Source: Epiperipatus broadwayi
Taxonomy: Eukaryota; Animalia; Onychophora
DNA length: 64,000 bases
Direction: 5' to 3'
Assembly: GCA_028023455.1 (NCBI GenBank)
Contig: JAQFVV010000010.1
Span: 15,748,001 to 15,812,000 of the forward strand
The notes under the pieces are model-generated. The model was not told where the DNA came from, did not search any database, and saw only the letters and a program-made list of their open reading frames with translations. Positions 62,759 through 64,000 of this stretch are shown here, piece after piece. Positions within the stretch are counted from its first letter, which is position 1. Each line of letters opens with the position of its first letter. The position numbers were made by a program, and so were the translations under genes.

Positions 62759-64000
62759 ATCAATTTGGAAAAGAAACGAATGTTGCTCATCCACGGAAGA
62801 AAGATGCAAATTTGTATATAAATATTCAATTAAAAAATATGAAAAAAAATATTCATTTCTGAAATTCAATAATTTATGTATCAAATTTAGAACAATTGGT
62901 TTGCTTAAATATTAAACCATTGATCTCTCTGTTCATTGAAAACCAAAAGTAAATAAAAATTATATTTATAAAAAAAAATTATTTGTTTTTATTTTAATGA
63001 TATCAAACTTAAGAAAATATTAATGTCTTATTTAAAAAACAAGAAACAGAAAGCACATACGCTTTAAATTAGATTAGATGTAGAAAGATGGGAGTCCAGG
63101 AGAACAAAGCTAGAATTAACAATCTAAAAATATCAATTGCTAAGTGATATTTCTTTGATCTAAAAATTAATAGTTAAGATAAAGACTAAATTAAGGAATT
63201 TACAATTAAAAACTAAATATAGTTAATTGATCTTAGGACCTAATGTTTGAATAACTTAAAGACCTGATTGTGCCTAATTTTATTTAACTCTTTTTGAAAA
63301 CTCAGTTAATAGTCGTGTCAAATCTTCCACTCTAATACAAAAGGGCTAAATCCAATAGACATATTTGATTAAAATTATTAAATTGTTTTAAAAGATATTC
63401 TTGGGAATCTAATGATTTGAAATTAACAATAAGGATAAATTCAAATTAAACACCACCAGCTGATAAGTTATCGTGACAGATTTATGTTGGGTTATTTTCA
63501 AACTTTAGTTTTAATCAGGACACCCATACATCTAACTCCACCATATTGTAATAATCTACCAGCATAAAACACAAATCACCCTTTTGCATTATGCATACAT
63601 TTCATGATCAACCTCTTATTAACAAGTAAGTTAGAGGTGACATACCCCCCCCCCCACCAATATTGGACATTTTTCTATAAGTTTGCTGTCACAAAATAAT
63701 ACAAATGTGTATCCAAATATTTTTATCTAAAAGATAAATCTACTTTTAGAAAACAGACTCCCAATAACCAATACTTGATTAGTCTTTCCATCATTATACT
63801 GTCGAGCAATAATTCAAAATCAGCCATTTAAAGACTATCTACTAAGTGTCAATAAATTGTCCATCCATATCACACATCCACTTTTTCTAAGTATTTTACA
63901 ATCTCTTGAGATCCAATTTCAATTATTATTAATCGGATGTTTTTTTTTTTTATAAGTGAGATCATGATATAGTCTTATATCAAAATTCACTCGTTTTCAC

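Overview
This is a very AT-rich eukaryotic (invertebrate-like) window made mostly of nested and decayed transposons. It has no intact host gene that I can identify. Host-derived sequence is limited to a disrupted animal haem-peroxidase pseudogene (12.7-14.5 kb, minus) and an unassigned frameshifted coding-like segment at 62.2-62.8 kb. Mobile DNA includes Penelope-like elements (RT and GIY-YIG remnants), four RTE LINE copies, two copies of an L1/Tx1-like LINE family with a YMDD RT motif, one other APE-RT LINE, a decayed Ty3/gypsy element, hAT MITEs and a tRNA-Gly(UCC)-derived SINE family. One RTE copy is full length with an 11-bp TSD and an apparently intact HDV-like ribozyme at its exact 5' end. 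The main observation is a set of non-coding, retrozyme-like elements carrying minimal type I hammerhead ribozymes, in at least three sequence families with ~380-470 bp monomers. Their insertions share one architecture: two arms reading outward from a head-to-head junction, 12-14 bp target-site duplications, and arm 3' ends at two recurring template positions about 40-55 nt apart. All coordinates and folds were worked out by eye; no alignment or folding program was run.
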